NCBI RefSeq assembly: GCF_001194135.2 | Contig: NC_068981.1 | Span: 61,992,801 to 62,032,412, forward strand | DNA length: 39,612 bases | Source of the DNA: Octopus bimaculoides | Lineage: Eukaryota | Reading direction: 5' to 3' | Shown here: positions 1 to 11,502 of the stretch, piece by piece | Numbering within the stretch: position 1 is the first letter of the stretch | How the letters are laid out: each line of letters opens with the position of its first letter | Position numbers and translations under genes: made by a program | The notes under the pieces: model-generated | Databases searched by the model: none | What the model saw: only the letters and a program-made list of their open reading frames with translations | Told to the model about the DNA's origin: nothing

Positions 1-286
1 ATGTATGTATATATATGTATGTGTGTATACTTAAGAATCGTTAAGTACGAACGGCACATAACCAACATATGCCTAAAGTCAACACATCCCATGCGAATAA
101 AAGTATCACCAGTAACACTACTCATTCTATAATATAAGGATCAAACAGGTATACGACCTAATAAACACCATAATATACACCGAACTGAAAATAATAAAAT
201 ATGCTTCAGAAATATCATACGAATTCCAAAAATAATTAGCACCTATAATGAATTAATTAACAGGTGCGGTAATAGAGAAATTACGT

Positions 287-1200
287 GGTAAACGCACCTT
301 CATTTTCTAGAAATGTTAAGGGGCTTGCAAATAACATTCTGAATGTTGTTAAAAACAGCTTTCCTACTCAGCATAAATAACATCATATCTTCAGTAGATC
401 ATATATTAAACTATCTTTCTTCTTTCTTATGACTTCTCTAATATTTCTCTAAATCTAAGCGTGTAGCTCGACGCTTAAATTGCAGTGACTTTTCAGAAAT
501 TGAAGGCGAATTATGCCTTCTATCTCCAGTGCAAACCATGAAATGATAATCACCATGAATTCTGTGCAGATCCTTCGATATTATATTTCTTGTCTTGAAG
601 AAAATGTGACAGCATTCTGCTGATTATCCATACGTTTCCGGAACATATCTTCGCATACCTTCAGTTGATTAAAACAAATATCTACACATCTGTACCATCA
701 AATCCAGGGTCGCCTGCTGCTGTATACATTCTACACACACTTTTCAATATCCGTTTTCAACCTTTATCTGTTAAACATGTGTAATGAAGTCCAGTTGAGC
801 AGCAAGCTCAAAGATTGTTGCTCATTTGGTCAGCGCCAAATACTTACTCCACTTGATAGCGATTCGTGTCACTGGCTGCTGTCGATGGTCTTCCACCCCG
901 TTTTTTGTTGTCAATGCTTAATTCCCCAGATTTAAATTTCTTCATCTCTCTGGTTTCAAATTGTGACACAAAGCCGGCAATGTCGAGAGAGGACATAAGT
1001 TGAGCATCGAATCCAATGCTCAACTGGTGGTTACTTTTTCGAACCCGAAAGGATGAACTGCAAAAGCGACATTGGCACAATTTTGCCCAGTGTCCTAACG
1101 ATTCTGGCAGCTCTCCGCCTTATATTACTTGATAGTTTTTAACCCTGTCATCTCTGTAAACAACCTTTCGCATTTTTGTTGATACCGAAGTATTGCACAA
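287..1200 (-). mobile_element. Decayed mariner/Tc1 transposon, interrupted by a SINE at ~952-1121
   Basis: Minus-strand translation gives KKFKSGELSIDNKKRGGRPSTA (mariner HTH region, consensus like WFKRFKSG..SLED..RSGRPST). Weaker degenerate pieces follow: YVPETYG*SAECC (~640) and FLENEGAF (~300, C-terminus). Multiple stops and frameshifts; boundaries approximate. Confidence 0.65.
952..1121 (-). mobile_element. tRNA-derived SINE, internally deleted copy of the family at 25296
   Basis: Minus strand reads gagctgccagaatcgttaggacactgggcaaaa ... ttcatcctttcgggttcgaaaaag ... ccagttgagcattggattcgatg ... tttgtgtcacaatttgaaacc. This is colinear with the plus-strand copy at 25296-25507. Confidence 0.7.
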
Positions 1201-2082
1201 TATTTAATGAAGCAAGATTTTAATGAATTAATATTTAATTAAGTTGAACCTCTATAAAGAAAAAGGTATTCGACCAGTATTAGCAACTTGAATGACAAAA
1301 TGTCTGTTCTTAAAATGAAAATTAAGCAAAGTTTTATATTATTTCCAATACAAATGTCGCATATGAACGTGTGCGCTTGTGTAAAAAAAATATATTAGCA
1401 ATTTGCTTTTCAAGGCATCAAATTTAACTTATTATTTGGAATTTAATATTTTAGAGTTCACAGCAATACATACACTCAAAGATTGTATTTCTGCTTAATG
1501 TAATCTTTGATAACATGCAGATGCTACTGAAACTTACGTTAAAGAATGAATTAATTAAAATAATCATTTTACCCATAACTTGTTTGTTAATATATGCGAG
1601 AATGTGTTACGTGAAATTTATATATTTGTATTGGCCAAGTTCTGAGACTCATTTGATATCCAAACGAATTCATTTTGCTTGGGGACTTGTTTAGATTTCA
1701 ATTGGGTAACAAATGTTAGAGCTATTAATTCTATCAAGTGTATAATTCACAGAAATGCACGAATACCTTTGATAATACAATAGAAATTCATCTTTTCATA
1801 CTTGCCTCATTAATTTTATATTTGCATATATAAGAATATGACTTTCCGTTTTTGTATATGTACGCTCGTTTCTATAAAATATTTGCTCTTATATGCCGAT
1901 GTATGTATATATATATCGCTATAGAATATCAGACATGAATTGTTCGCTGAGTGACACCTGAGAAAACTATGAATTTTGTAATATCACACGTTGAGAGAAT
2001 AGATTACTATTGTAATAAGTACATACATAAATATGTCTAAATGCAAAGATAAACATATGCATATACACGAGTAAAATATATA

Positions 2083-2136
<54 letters not shown>

Positions 2137-2269
2137 AACAACATACACAAACAGGCAACATATAAATTATTATAAATATCTATATCTATCTATCTATCTA
2201 TATATGCATTATCACTGTGTGTGTGTATATGTGTGTTATGAGGATGCATGGCGTGACTTAAATTCCTAA

Positions 2270-2490
2270 ACCGAATGGTGCATTGTGTTCTTGAGCAAAA
2301 TTCTTCAGCTGACGCTGTTTTGGGATCACTGCAACATCTGGCGCGTAATACAGTGCACACCTCTTTAGGTAACCTTAATTTGATGGAGGGGGCCGAGTAC
2401 ATATATTTGAGCTCTATAAACAAATCATTTGTGCGGATCGTTCGTCAAAATCTGAACACTGATACGTCGTCTTTGAGGAAAGAATCCATA
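2270..2490 (+). mobile_element. SINE-like dispersed repeat fragment
   Basis: Shares ggtgc.ttg.gttcttgagcaaaa and atttgatggaggg with 33825-33937. The ttcttgagcaa core also resembles the central segment of the SINE at 15644-15959. Confidence 0.55.
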
Positions 2491-2553
2491 ATATACATGT
2501 ATCAAATTAACAAAAGAGAGACACTCACATTTAGGACATACGAAGTTACAAAT

Positions 2554-3135
2554 TCGCGGGTGTACCCATAAGTAACTAGAATTTTGCAATATTATCTTAT
2601 TCACTTAGATTTACATGATTATACTTTTACCGCCATCAAAGTATTCTCTATTTGAAGCAATGCATCGGTCCAGACACGTTTTCCACTGATCGAAGCAGTT
2701 CTGGAACTCTTGCGACGTGATGACTTTTAATGCCTCTGTCGTTTTTTTATTCCCCTCTTCCATATCTGCTAAAGGTTTTCCTTTCACGACATTATTCATT
2801 CGGGCGTACAAAACAAAAAAGTCGCAGGGAGGAAGATCGGATGAATAGAGAGAGTGGGTAGGCGAGATACTGATATTTTTCGTCAAAAACGGTCTCATGC
2901 CCTTGGCGATGTGCACAGGCACATTGTAGTGATGAAGCTACCACGTCCCACTTAGCCACAGGTCGGGCGTTTTCGTCTCGCTGTGTCTCGCTACCGCTTT
3001 AGAACTGCCAAGTAAAATTTTTGGTTAACTGTTTCACCAGGAGGAATACATTCTGTGTGGTTATTTCCTTTCCCATCGATGAAACAAATCAGCATTCTCT
3101 TGACATTGGACTTTACGTGATGCCTATTGCAGAGA
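2554..3135 (-). mobile_element. Mariner (DD34D) transposase 3' half with probable 3' TIR remnant
   Basis: KSNVKRMLICFIDGKG..ECIPPGETVNQKFYLAVLKR*RD..RRKRP, then a frameshift to LHHYNVPVH (degenerate HHDNAPAH), YSSDLPPCDFF (YSPDLAP.DF motif) and EFQNCFDQWK..DRCIASNREYFDG. TIR-like cgcgggtgtacccataagtaactagaat at ~2554-2582. Confidence 0.9.
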
Positions 3136-3229
3136 CGGAAACTCCAACATGTAAACCAGGATTACAGGAATTATATATCCTATGGTGCAGATCCTGTTAG
3201 TGATGGCGTCACGGGGAAAACAAATACTG

Positions 3230-4925
3230 GTGGTTGTGCAATCTAAAATTCACTAACCGTTATCGAAATGAGAAAGGCGTAAATGAGGCTGGAACAATTT
3301 GTGAAAGCCTCTCACCCGGCAGGTGACCCACAGGTGAGCAGTGTGAGTCCAGTCATCATTAAGAAACTGTTAAAAGAAATGAAAGACGCTGTAATGGAGT
3401 GCTACTTTCTGGATAATCCGAGAAATAATAATGAAGTACCCCCTAGTGGACATAGGAAAAGAATGCACAAGGCATGAAGCGACAGTGGGCTATTTGAATT
3501 AAGTGAACAAAATCTGTGACCAAGCTAGAGCCATCAAAAAGAATTAATGGTAATCTCCTTTTGAACTAGAAAGCATTAAGAGACTGGTGCTCAGGGACAG
3601 TAAGACCAGCGGTGAACGGAAGGATGAGGATTTAGAATGCAGCTAGTTGAAGGAAGAAAAGGTACATGAGGCTGAGATTATTGATGAGGAATGCGATGAG
3701 AGATCCGCGGAACAAATATCCATTTTAAATGGAATCATTTATATTTGGACCTCTGGTGAATAGAGTCTTACATAGGGTTTAAAGAAGTAGACAGAAAGAA
3801 ACTCAATGGATGGGTCAGGAAGATAAATAATATCATTGGTGATATCAGGATTCACATCATCACAGACACCAACAATCTGATAAATGCAATCTCGATCTTT
3901 ATAGCCCAGAAGTTAGGTTTAAAAGCCGAAGTTAAATGTCAACATAACCTGAAAGAGCCATGGTGGAAAAGGAGAATAACGCAGTCTATTAACGAAAATA
4001 GATAACATCTTAATATTCGGGAACGGAAATACAGAAATGAAGCTCAGCGAGAGAAAAATGTTGAGATGCTGAACTAGAGAGGAAGTATAGGCTGAAGAGA
4101 AAGGGAATCAGTGTTTTGCTTGAGGAATTAAAAAACAGTGGTTGAAAGCTAAAGCACATAAACTATACAGATGTGAACAGAGAATTGAGCAATCCGGATT
4201 AAACAGAGCTTTCGAATAAAATCAGAAACGGGTCTATCAAGAACTGGATGGGAAATAAAGAGGTGAAAAAGCCTTGCCGGATGCTAAAGAAAGCAAAAAA
4301 TTCTGGACAAACATATGGTCTCAGGAGAAACAACACGAAGCTGAATTAGAGTTGTTAAAGACACTCAAAGAGGAGAGTGGAGTGTATCAGCAGGGGGATT
4401 TGAGAATAACCGAGGAGATGATCAAAGAACAGTGCAGGAGAATTCCTAACTGGAAAGCGTCTGGCCCAGGTAGGGTCAGGGCTTTTGACTTAAAAACTGG
4501 ACAACTCTGCACAGGAGAATTGCGAGACAGCTGGACGAAATATTGAGTAGTGGCATCCAAATAGCAACCCGGATGACAAAAGGAAGAACGGTACTATGCC
4601 AGAAGGATCCAAGTAAAGGGAATGCGGTTGAAGATTTCCGACCAATATCTTGTTTGCCGCTGATGTGGAAACTGAAAACGGCTAAAAGGCCGCTATAAGA
4701 TTAGAGCAATTAACACATGGGCGGCTGCTTTGATGAGATATAGGGCAGGAATAATAGTATATTGCAAGAATGAATTAAGAGAGATAGACCGGAGAACATG
4801 TAAATTAATGACAATGAACAAGGAACTACACCCCAAGCGTTATGTGTCAAGATTGCATGTAAAGAGGAAAGAAGGCGGAAGTGAGTTGGTGTGTCGTGAT
4901 GATTGTGTAATGGAAGAGGAATCAC
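3230..4925 (+). mobile_element. Dong/R4-type non-LTR retrotransposon fragment with the RT core deleted
   Basis: MECYFLDNP...GHRKRMHK (N-terminal region), [48 protein letters not shown] (start of RT). It then jumps straight to KIRAINTWAAALMRY..ELREIDRRT.KLMTMNKELHPK..VSRLHVKRKEGG (post-RT). Many stops and frameshifts. Confidence 0.85.
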
Positions 4926-5137
4926 CGAACCTGGAGCTTAACTATGGTCTGTCCATAGCACTTACTCAGCATTACCTGACACCTTTGGATCTTAGTGACA
5001 CCATGACCTCTCATAACTTCTCACTCTCTCTCTCTCTCTCGTTGTATATATATATATATATATATATATACTTCTAATTTTAAGCAGCGGCTTAAAAGAA
5101 TTAGGAGAATTATACATACATATACATATATATAAAT

Positions 5138-5565
5138 NNNNNNNNNNNNNNNNNNNNNNNNNNNNNNNNNNNNNNNNNNNNNNNNNNNNNNNNNNNNNNN
5201 NNNNNNNNNNNNNNNNNNNNNNNNNNNNNNNNNNNNNNNNNNNNNNNNNNNNNNNNNNNNNNNNNNNNNNNNNNNNNNNNNNNNNNNNNNNNNNNNNNNN
5301 NNNNNNNNNNNNNNNNNNNNNNNNNNNNNNNNNNNNNNNNNNNNNNNNNNNNNNNNNNNNNNNNNNNNNNNNNNNNNNNNNNNNNNNNNNNNNNNNNNNN
5401 NNNNNNNNNNNNNNNNNNNNNNNNNNNNNNNNNNNNNNNNNNNNNNNNNNNNNNNNNNNNNNNNNNNNNNNNNNNNNNNNNNNNNNNNNNNNNNNNNNNN
5501 NNNNNNNNNNNNNNNNNNNNNNNNNNNNNNNNNNNNNNNNNNNNNNNNNNNNNNNNNNNNNNNNN
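5138..5565. other. Assembly gap (N run)
   Basis: Run of N next to TA-rich microsatellite. Confidence 1.
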
Positions 5566-6931
5566 AGAGAAATCGTATCTAGCTATGCATACTTCATTAC
5601 ACTATATTTTGTAGCCCTGCACTCAGCACTTTGCTTCCGATAAAAATGTAATAAATTACTTATATACCACACTGCTTTACTCGTACGCACACAAATATGT
5701 GTGTATGCGTGTACTTACAAGTGAGTGTACGTATGTATCATTTTTGATAGTTTAGAAATATATCTCAGTCTGTTAAATGTTACTGTCCTAATTGTATTTT
5801 CTGCAGTACGGTATATTTATTGATTTTTATGGTTTATTTTGGATTTTTTTCCCTTATGTTTTAAAAGTTGAAGAAATGTGCCAAAGATGTTTTTTTTTTA
5901 TTATACTTACTATTTTAGAATCATTTGTATATAGTACATATTTACCTCATCTACTTACAATTCCCAACTGTCATGAATTCTTCTATATGCCTTTGAATTA
6001 AGTCACTTACCTGAATTACTAAACGTTTCCTTCTGTATATATTTGTCGTTGAGACAGAAGCAAGTAATTCTCATTTTTCCCTATATATTTTTCCTTGTTT
6101 TTTATGATGTTGCTGTTTTCATTATTTAGTCTCACAATATACAAACATGCATGGATTTACCGTGCGTTTTCCTATTCCATTCAAACATAGTTTATTCAGC
6201 TTGGTTTTATCATTGCAAACTACAGAGGGGTAGATATCCGACGGCCGAACTGTTATGATATTTGAACTACAAGCTCAAATTAGATGAGCTGAAATCTCTT
6301 GCTGCTCTTCTTGCCATGAATATTTTCTGAGTGAAATTTATTGGATGCTCCTGAGTTCCATCCACCCACCCACGCCGTATCGGAAGTGAAGGATGTTTAA
6401 ATGGGAAAATATCTGAATTAATTTAAATACATTTATAATTTTACTGTATATCAATGTTATAATTTCAGATAGCTATTTTTTTAGTAATATTTACATTTTA
6501 AAATGCGGTTTATGGCACAGGACGAAATGCTTCACGGTTTCTGTAATGGTTCTTTACAATCGTCCTCATAAACATGCTGAGGTCAAATGTGCCGTTCATT
6601 CTTTCGGTATTAGAGATGATATAACCAACTTCTGTTTCCCTCATATTGTCGGTCTTCTTACATGCGTAAGAAACGAATGTTTAAATCTAAAGTAACTTTT
6701 AACTTGTGTGATATACATCATAAGACATCTTCCTGGATATATGCATGCTAAATGATAGATTCATACTAAGAACATTCTTTCTAAAGAAGTAGTAGTAAGG
6801 CAATTATCGGCTCTCTCCGAAACATGTGCAAGTGTCAGTAAGCCATTAGATACCTGCAGCAGTGACATAGTATCTGATACGATATACAAAGCTATCTAAT
6901 ATAAACGAATGGCATCGTTTAGTAATATTAG

Positions 6932-6933
<2 letters not shown>

Positions 6934-6983
<50 letters not shown>
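6934..6983. repeat. (TA)n microsatellite
   Basis: Pure TA run. Similar runs at ~2086-2126, 5045-5070, 7905-7938, 15962-16055, 23593-23629 and 39580-39612. Confidence 0.95.
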
Positions 6984-6986
<3 letters not shown>

Positions 6987-7902
6987 TGTCATGGCGGATA
7001 TTGATTAGTTTTAGATATTGAAATACTATTTGCACCTGGAATCAAGTTCAGAGTTTAGATGCATTCACGAATATGACATCGGTTAAAAAGGCGATAGAAA
7101 TTAAACGTTTAGAGACATATTCTAAAAGAAAAGAACACTTTTGATAATAATTTTCACACTCCGACAGTTTGTAACCGTTTATTTTATGCCAATCTCCGCT
7201 TGCCCACTTGCAGATTTTCTCAGTTAGGTTTATAATGACATATTTTAACGCCAAAGAGTAAATACGTTTACTATTTCATGGTTGATTCCTTTATTTTAAT
7301 CCAGTATACTGCATTCACAATGCATCAGTTTGCCTCTCGTTGTACTTCGCACGTAAGGTGAGGATAGGTTGTTCGATGAAGGGAAAACGTATAACACAAC
7401 TCTAGCCTTCTGCGTGGATGATGATACGATTGGTTGTGAAACTGAAGATCATGTTGGTTATATAATTAATATTGTCTTCCTGATGAAAACCACCAAGAAA
7501 TACTTGAGAAGAACAAGGTTTTTCACAACTCTTGAAGTAATCAAATTATTTCAATGCTTCAGGGCAAGGAAATTATCATATTAATACAATCGGGCAAACA
7601 AGTATCATGAAATACGATGAAAATACTGAGACGGTTATAAATAGGCAGCTATTCTATTTACTGTATAGCAAACGGTTTTCATGTATTTGTTTGGTAGGAG
7701 CTTGTAGGTTTGTTTTAGGAGTGTGAGCGTACACCTAAAGCAAAGTATTCCTGTAGATTCAGTAAACGGATAGTGGATAGATAATGGAAACTGAATCATG
7801 AAACTAGAAATTGCTTTCATTTAAATTAATTCGTCAAAAGATTTGAGTGGTATTTCAAAACGATAACATAATTATACTAAATATCAAAAATGAAATCTTG
7901 TT

Positions 7903-7938
<36 letters not shown>

Positions 7939-7980
7939 NNNNNNNNNNNNNNNNNNNNNNNNNNNNNNNNNNNNNNNNNN
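7939..7980. other. Assembly gap (N run)
   Basis: N run after (TA)n. Confidence 1.
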
Positions 7981-7986
7981 AAATAG

Positions 7987-8273
7987 TCTAATAATGGGGT
8001 ATATAAGCATTCGGCAGAAAAAAAGTTGGATTTCCTATCCGCGTGGGACACGAACCCGCACCTTTTTTGTTAATACGACTAAGTGTCTTACCGTTACACA
8101 AGCAAATTAGTCTACCTAGTCCAATCAAATTTAAGAACTATATTTGTTCGTAGTTGTTATTGCAAACGAACTTTCTATGAATTTTCGGTTCAAAAGGGGT
8201 TGTGGTTTCGTGTCCCACGCGGATAAGAAAGCGTCTTTTTTTCTGGCGAGGGCCTATATGCCCCATTATTAGA
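7987..8273. repeat. Inverted repeat with ~80-bp arms (7987-8068 and 8192-8273) carrying tRNA-like internal promoter motifs
   Basis: Arms align at roughly 80% by eye, with a perfect 19-bp core (8036-8054 vs 8207-8225). The minus strand of the left arm has an A-box-like tgtgtaacgg and a B-box-like gggttcgtgtccc. Confidence 0.85.
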
Positions 8274-8394
8274 ATGTTTTTCTTAGTCGCTGCACGGTGA
8301 TCGCTATAAGCTCTAGACTTATATAAACACCTTTATTATTATTTACAGTATTGTAAAACCCGGCACCGTATAACAAAACCATTCGCACAGAAGG

Positions 8395-8470
8395 TATATA
8401 CATACATATATACATACATACATACATGCATATGTATGTATGTACGTATGTATGTATGTATGTATATATA
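8395..8470. repeat. (ACAT)n/(ATGT)n microsatellite
   Basis: Tetranucleotide run that switches strand orientation midway; lies just 3' of the RTE pieces. Confidence 0.9.
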
Positions 8471-8509
8471 GTGACTGCTATCTCGTATACGAGCTAAGCC
8501 ACTAATAGA

Positions 8510-8740
8510 AAGAATCCTTGAAATGAGTCATTGATAATGAAATGCGAGGTCCTTATTTGAGTTTTGAGCCCCGCCTTCGATTTGCATATTTTATTACATA
8601 AAACACAGTTATGCTGGCTGGCTGTAGGAACCGGTGCCGTAGCATGAAGTCTTTTGACATGTTTTTTTTTATCTTCCAACTGAGCGATACACCTTCCCAA
8701 AGGTTGCACATACGCTGTTGTCAATAATAGCTGCATCATA
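8510..8740 (-). mobile_element. RTE-clade LINE 3' end (copy B)
   Basis: RCIAQLEDKKKHVK...HNCVLCNKICKSKAGLKTQIRTSH matches the RTE C-terminal coiled segment plus a C2H2-like finger (C..C.K.C.S.AGL.SH.R.H). Confidence 0.75.
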
Positions 8741-8749
8741 ATTTACAAG

Positions 8750-9420
8750 GGGTCGAATCCCATGGATTCTTTGATAACTGGCCAGGCCTGCGTGACTTTA
8801 GCATTTCTTCCGACAAATCACACTCATAACAATCAATATTCGTTCATTTTCTACTGGTTCATTTTTTTCTAAGCTTTCTTCTGATCTTCTCGTGCTTTAT
8901 TTTCTCTCTCTTTCAGACTTCAAGCAACTACAGTGCACTCCTTTCTTCCATCTTTTTCGGTCTTGTGTTTCTGTTTCCCAATCTTTGAACCTTATTTTGG
9001 GTTTGTGTGCTGGCATTTTACATTCTTTCAGCACACCATACAAAAGTTGTTTAGGACGTCTTTCATCATTCACTCTCACCAGACGGCCATTCCATCTGAA
9101 ACGACTTGCAAAATGATCGATTCTTCAGTCTTACTACACATTCTTTCAAGTACCTCTACATCACTGATCGACAAAGTTGATGGAATAGTTCTAGATACAC
9201 CAAAGTTGTACGATAAATAACCCATGCCTCAGTTCGATAGAGCAATGATGGGTGAATTAATCTGTAATAAACCTTAAATTTCGTTTGGATAGATATGCTA
9301 TAGCGTAACCAGAGACGCTTGTAAAGCCTAACAAATGTATCACTAGATTTGCTGATTCTACATGAAATTACATTATCAAGACTAGTAGTGGTTAGAGTAC
9401 ATCCCAAATATATACATATG
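8750..9420 (-). mobile_element. RTE-clade LINE, 5'-truncated (copy A)
   Basis: LGCTL..TSLDNVISCRISKSSDTFVRLYKRLW..YSISIQTKFKVY, ELFHQLC, SDVEVLER, RVNDERRPKQLLYGVL..KPKIRFKD, WET..QDRKRW, and terminal VICRKKC*SHAGLASYQRIH. Confidence 0.88.
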
Positions 9421-10261
9421 GAGGAAAAACTTATGAGTAGTCAATGGCCATTCTACTAGGTGTGTGTATGTCTGTGTGTGGTGTTTGTTTGCGCGCGCGA
9501 TTGTGTGTATGTGTGTCTGTGTCTGTGTATGTATATAGTATATTTCATACTTATCATTTCATATTCATTTTTATAGTCTCATTTTTATATATGTATATTC
9601 TATTATATTCCTCTTATATTCTTATATTCATATTTACGCACAAACACACACACATTTATATAATTCTTTTTATATACCCTTGATATTGTTTATATATATT
9701 TATTTTATTTATGTTTAAAATGATTTTACATTTGTATGCGTGTGTGTTTGTATAAATATATAAGGAGTAGATGGCGCCTTGGTGAAACAATATATTTAGG
9801 TCAAAGTAACCTTGAATTCAAATCCTTGACTGCTCTCTTGTGGTTAACATTGATCGGGTAACGACCGAGAGAAAGATTTTCTGATGTCAAACCAGCGACT
9901 GCAAATGCAACTAATGATGTCGGTTTCTTTTGTTTGTTTGTTTGTTTGAGCTGGGGATCATGCTTTGAAGTTTAGAGAGTGGCATTAGTTCTGACCAAAA
10001 CATTTCCTGATTCTAAAAGGCGTCAAGCACAGATATTGCTGAAAGGGATATGGATATGAACACACACGCGCGCACGCACACACACACCCACGCAGCTACA
10101 CGCACACACATAAATACGTACGTGTGTCTGTGTGTTTCCATAAACATAATACAGTTACGTAATATACTGATTGCAAAATCTAATAACACGCATTGTTTGA
10201 ATCAACGAAGATATATATTTCGTAATATTTTTGCTACAAACTGTAGTAGAACACGGTTTCC

Positions 10262-10680
10262 TCTGAAGTTATAGGCTGTGCCCATGGAATGTACATGGCT
10301 TCCGAGAAAAATAAAAAGAAGGTAAGTAGCACTACACTTGAAAATTTGTCGATCGATGTACGCAAGACGCACATTCTCGGGAGAAGATCAAAAGAATAAA
10401 GTTGTGGAAGAAACACTGGCCACGTTAATTACTAAAGGTCGAAATGGACGACATATAGCGAAAACTATTGGAATCGTGATTGAGTCGGAAGTTTCTGGTA
10501 TAAGTTGGCACGGGTCCAACCAAAAATCAAGGTTGGTATAAATAGCAGAGAGGTGGGAGACCAGCATAACTTTAGAAGAAAGGTGGGAATGCGATTTTGA
10601 GCAACTACACGACAATACCAAGAACGGCTTCTTTTGCATCTATTCAAGTATAACTGGAAAGTTAGAATCACCATTCTGCA
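10262..10680 (+). mobile_element. Degenerate apurinic endonuclease (APE) domain of a LINE
   Basis: RLCPWNVHGFREK (xWNVxGL motif), TTLENLSIDVRKTHIL (L.IDV..QETH), KTIGIVI (GVGI) and a degenerate GDFN-like region, spread across frameshifts. Confidence 0.65.
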
Positions 10681-11215
10681 TGTGAATGTTGTATACTATA
10701 GTGAGTAAAACAACATTATTATTAGATTAAATTGGTCCATAAGATATTGCCTCTTAAATTCGAAACATAAAATATCTGATAGTCACGAAATTCATTTGTC
10801 AATAATTCACTGGGAGCACACGTTCTACGCTTCTAAGAGACTGGAGACTATCATCACAGATATTCCATCATAAAATGCGGAAAACATCTTAGAAATATCC
10901 AATGTAGGATATATCAAAGAAAATATTGCATCGTTGAATATTAAGATGGGTGTTAAATTCATAAATGTGTGCGTGGGTAGTGTGTTTATATGTATATGTG
11001 TATGTACGTGTTTGTGTGTATGCAATGTCAACATTGTTCTGAAATACTTTTATTCTATCAGTATCAGACGAATTTCCAATTTCTCAATGGTTGTTTTTTC
11101 ACCTTCCATGACAGTAGACGTGAGTATGCTCTCTCAAAAAAAATATTTGTATTTCATATTATATCAAAAATAAAATATCGCTTGACGTAGTTTGTTTCGG
11201 AAATTGCACCTAAAA

Positions 11216-11502
11216 ATACTGAGATTGGTACTCGACTGGGATTGAAAATGGATTAACACTCGGGTGAGTAATAAACCGAAATCCTTTGAAGTAAAGCCTC
11301 AAAGAATTTTCATATATCAAACATAATGAAATGGATCGATATCAAGACATCAGAGTTATCTTAGTTTTTTAACTCTTTGTGTAGTGTCTTTCACTTTTGT
11401 TTTCTGTGACAAAATGCACGCTATTTTTTCATCATATTTATACACTTACGTATTTCAAGACAAATTATTTGAAGCGGTACCACCAAATACCAATCTCAGT
11501 AT
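11216..11502. repeat. 15-bp perfect inverted repeat pair (possible MITE)
   Basis: atactgagattggta (11216-11230) is the reverse complement of taccaatctcagtat (11488-11502). Confidence 0.45.

Noticed and set aside
844-1080. 78-aa ORF as a gene
   Set aside because: Chimera of antisense-located SINE sequence and a mariner HTH fragment.
1967-2161. YIYI, HTHT, CVCV and YLSI ORFs throughout the track
   Set aside because: Translations of microsatellites, which lack stop codons in some frames.
7369-7584. RT domain-5-like LAFCVDDDTIGCETED
   Set aside because: Single weak motif; the nearest domain-7-like stretch (7048-7254) is on the opposite strand. Not supportable without a search.
10276-10327. Plus-strand exon ending at AAG|gtaagt
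   Set aside because: It lies inside a recognisable LINE APE domain whose frame continues through the apparent donor.
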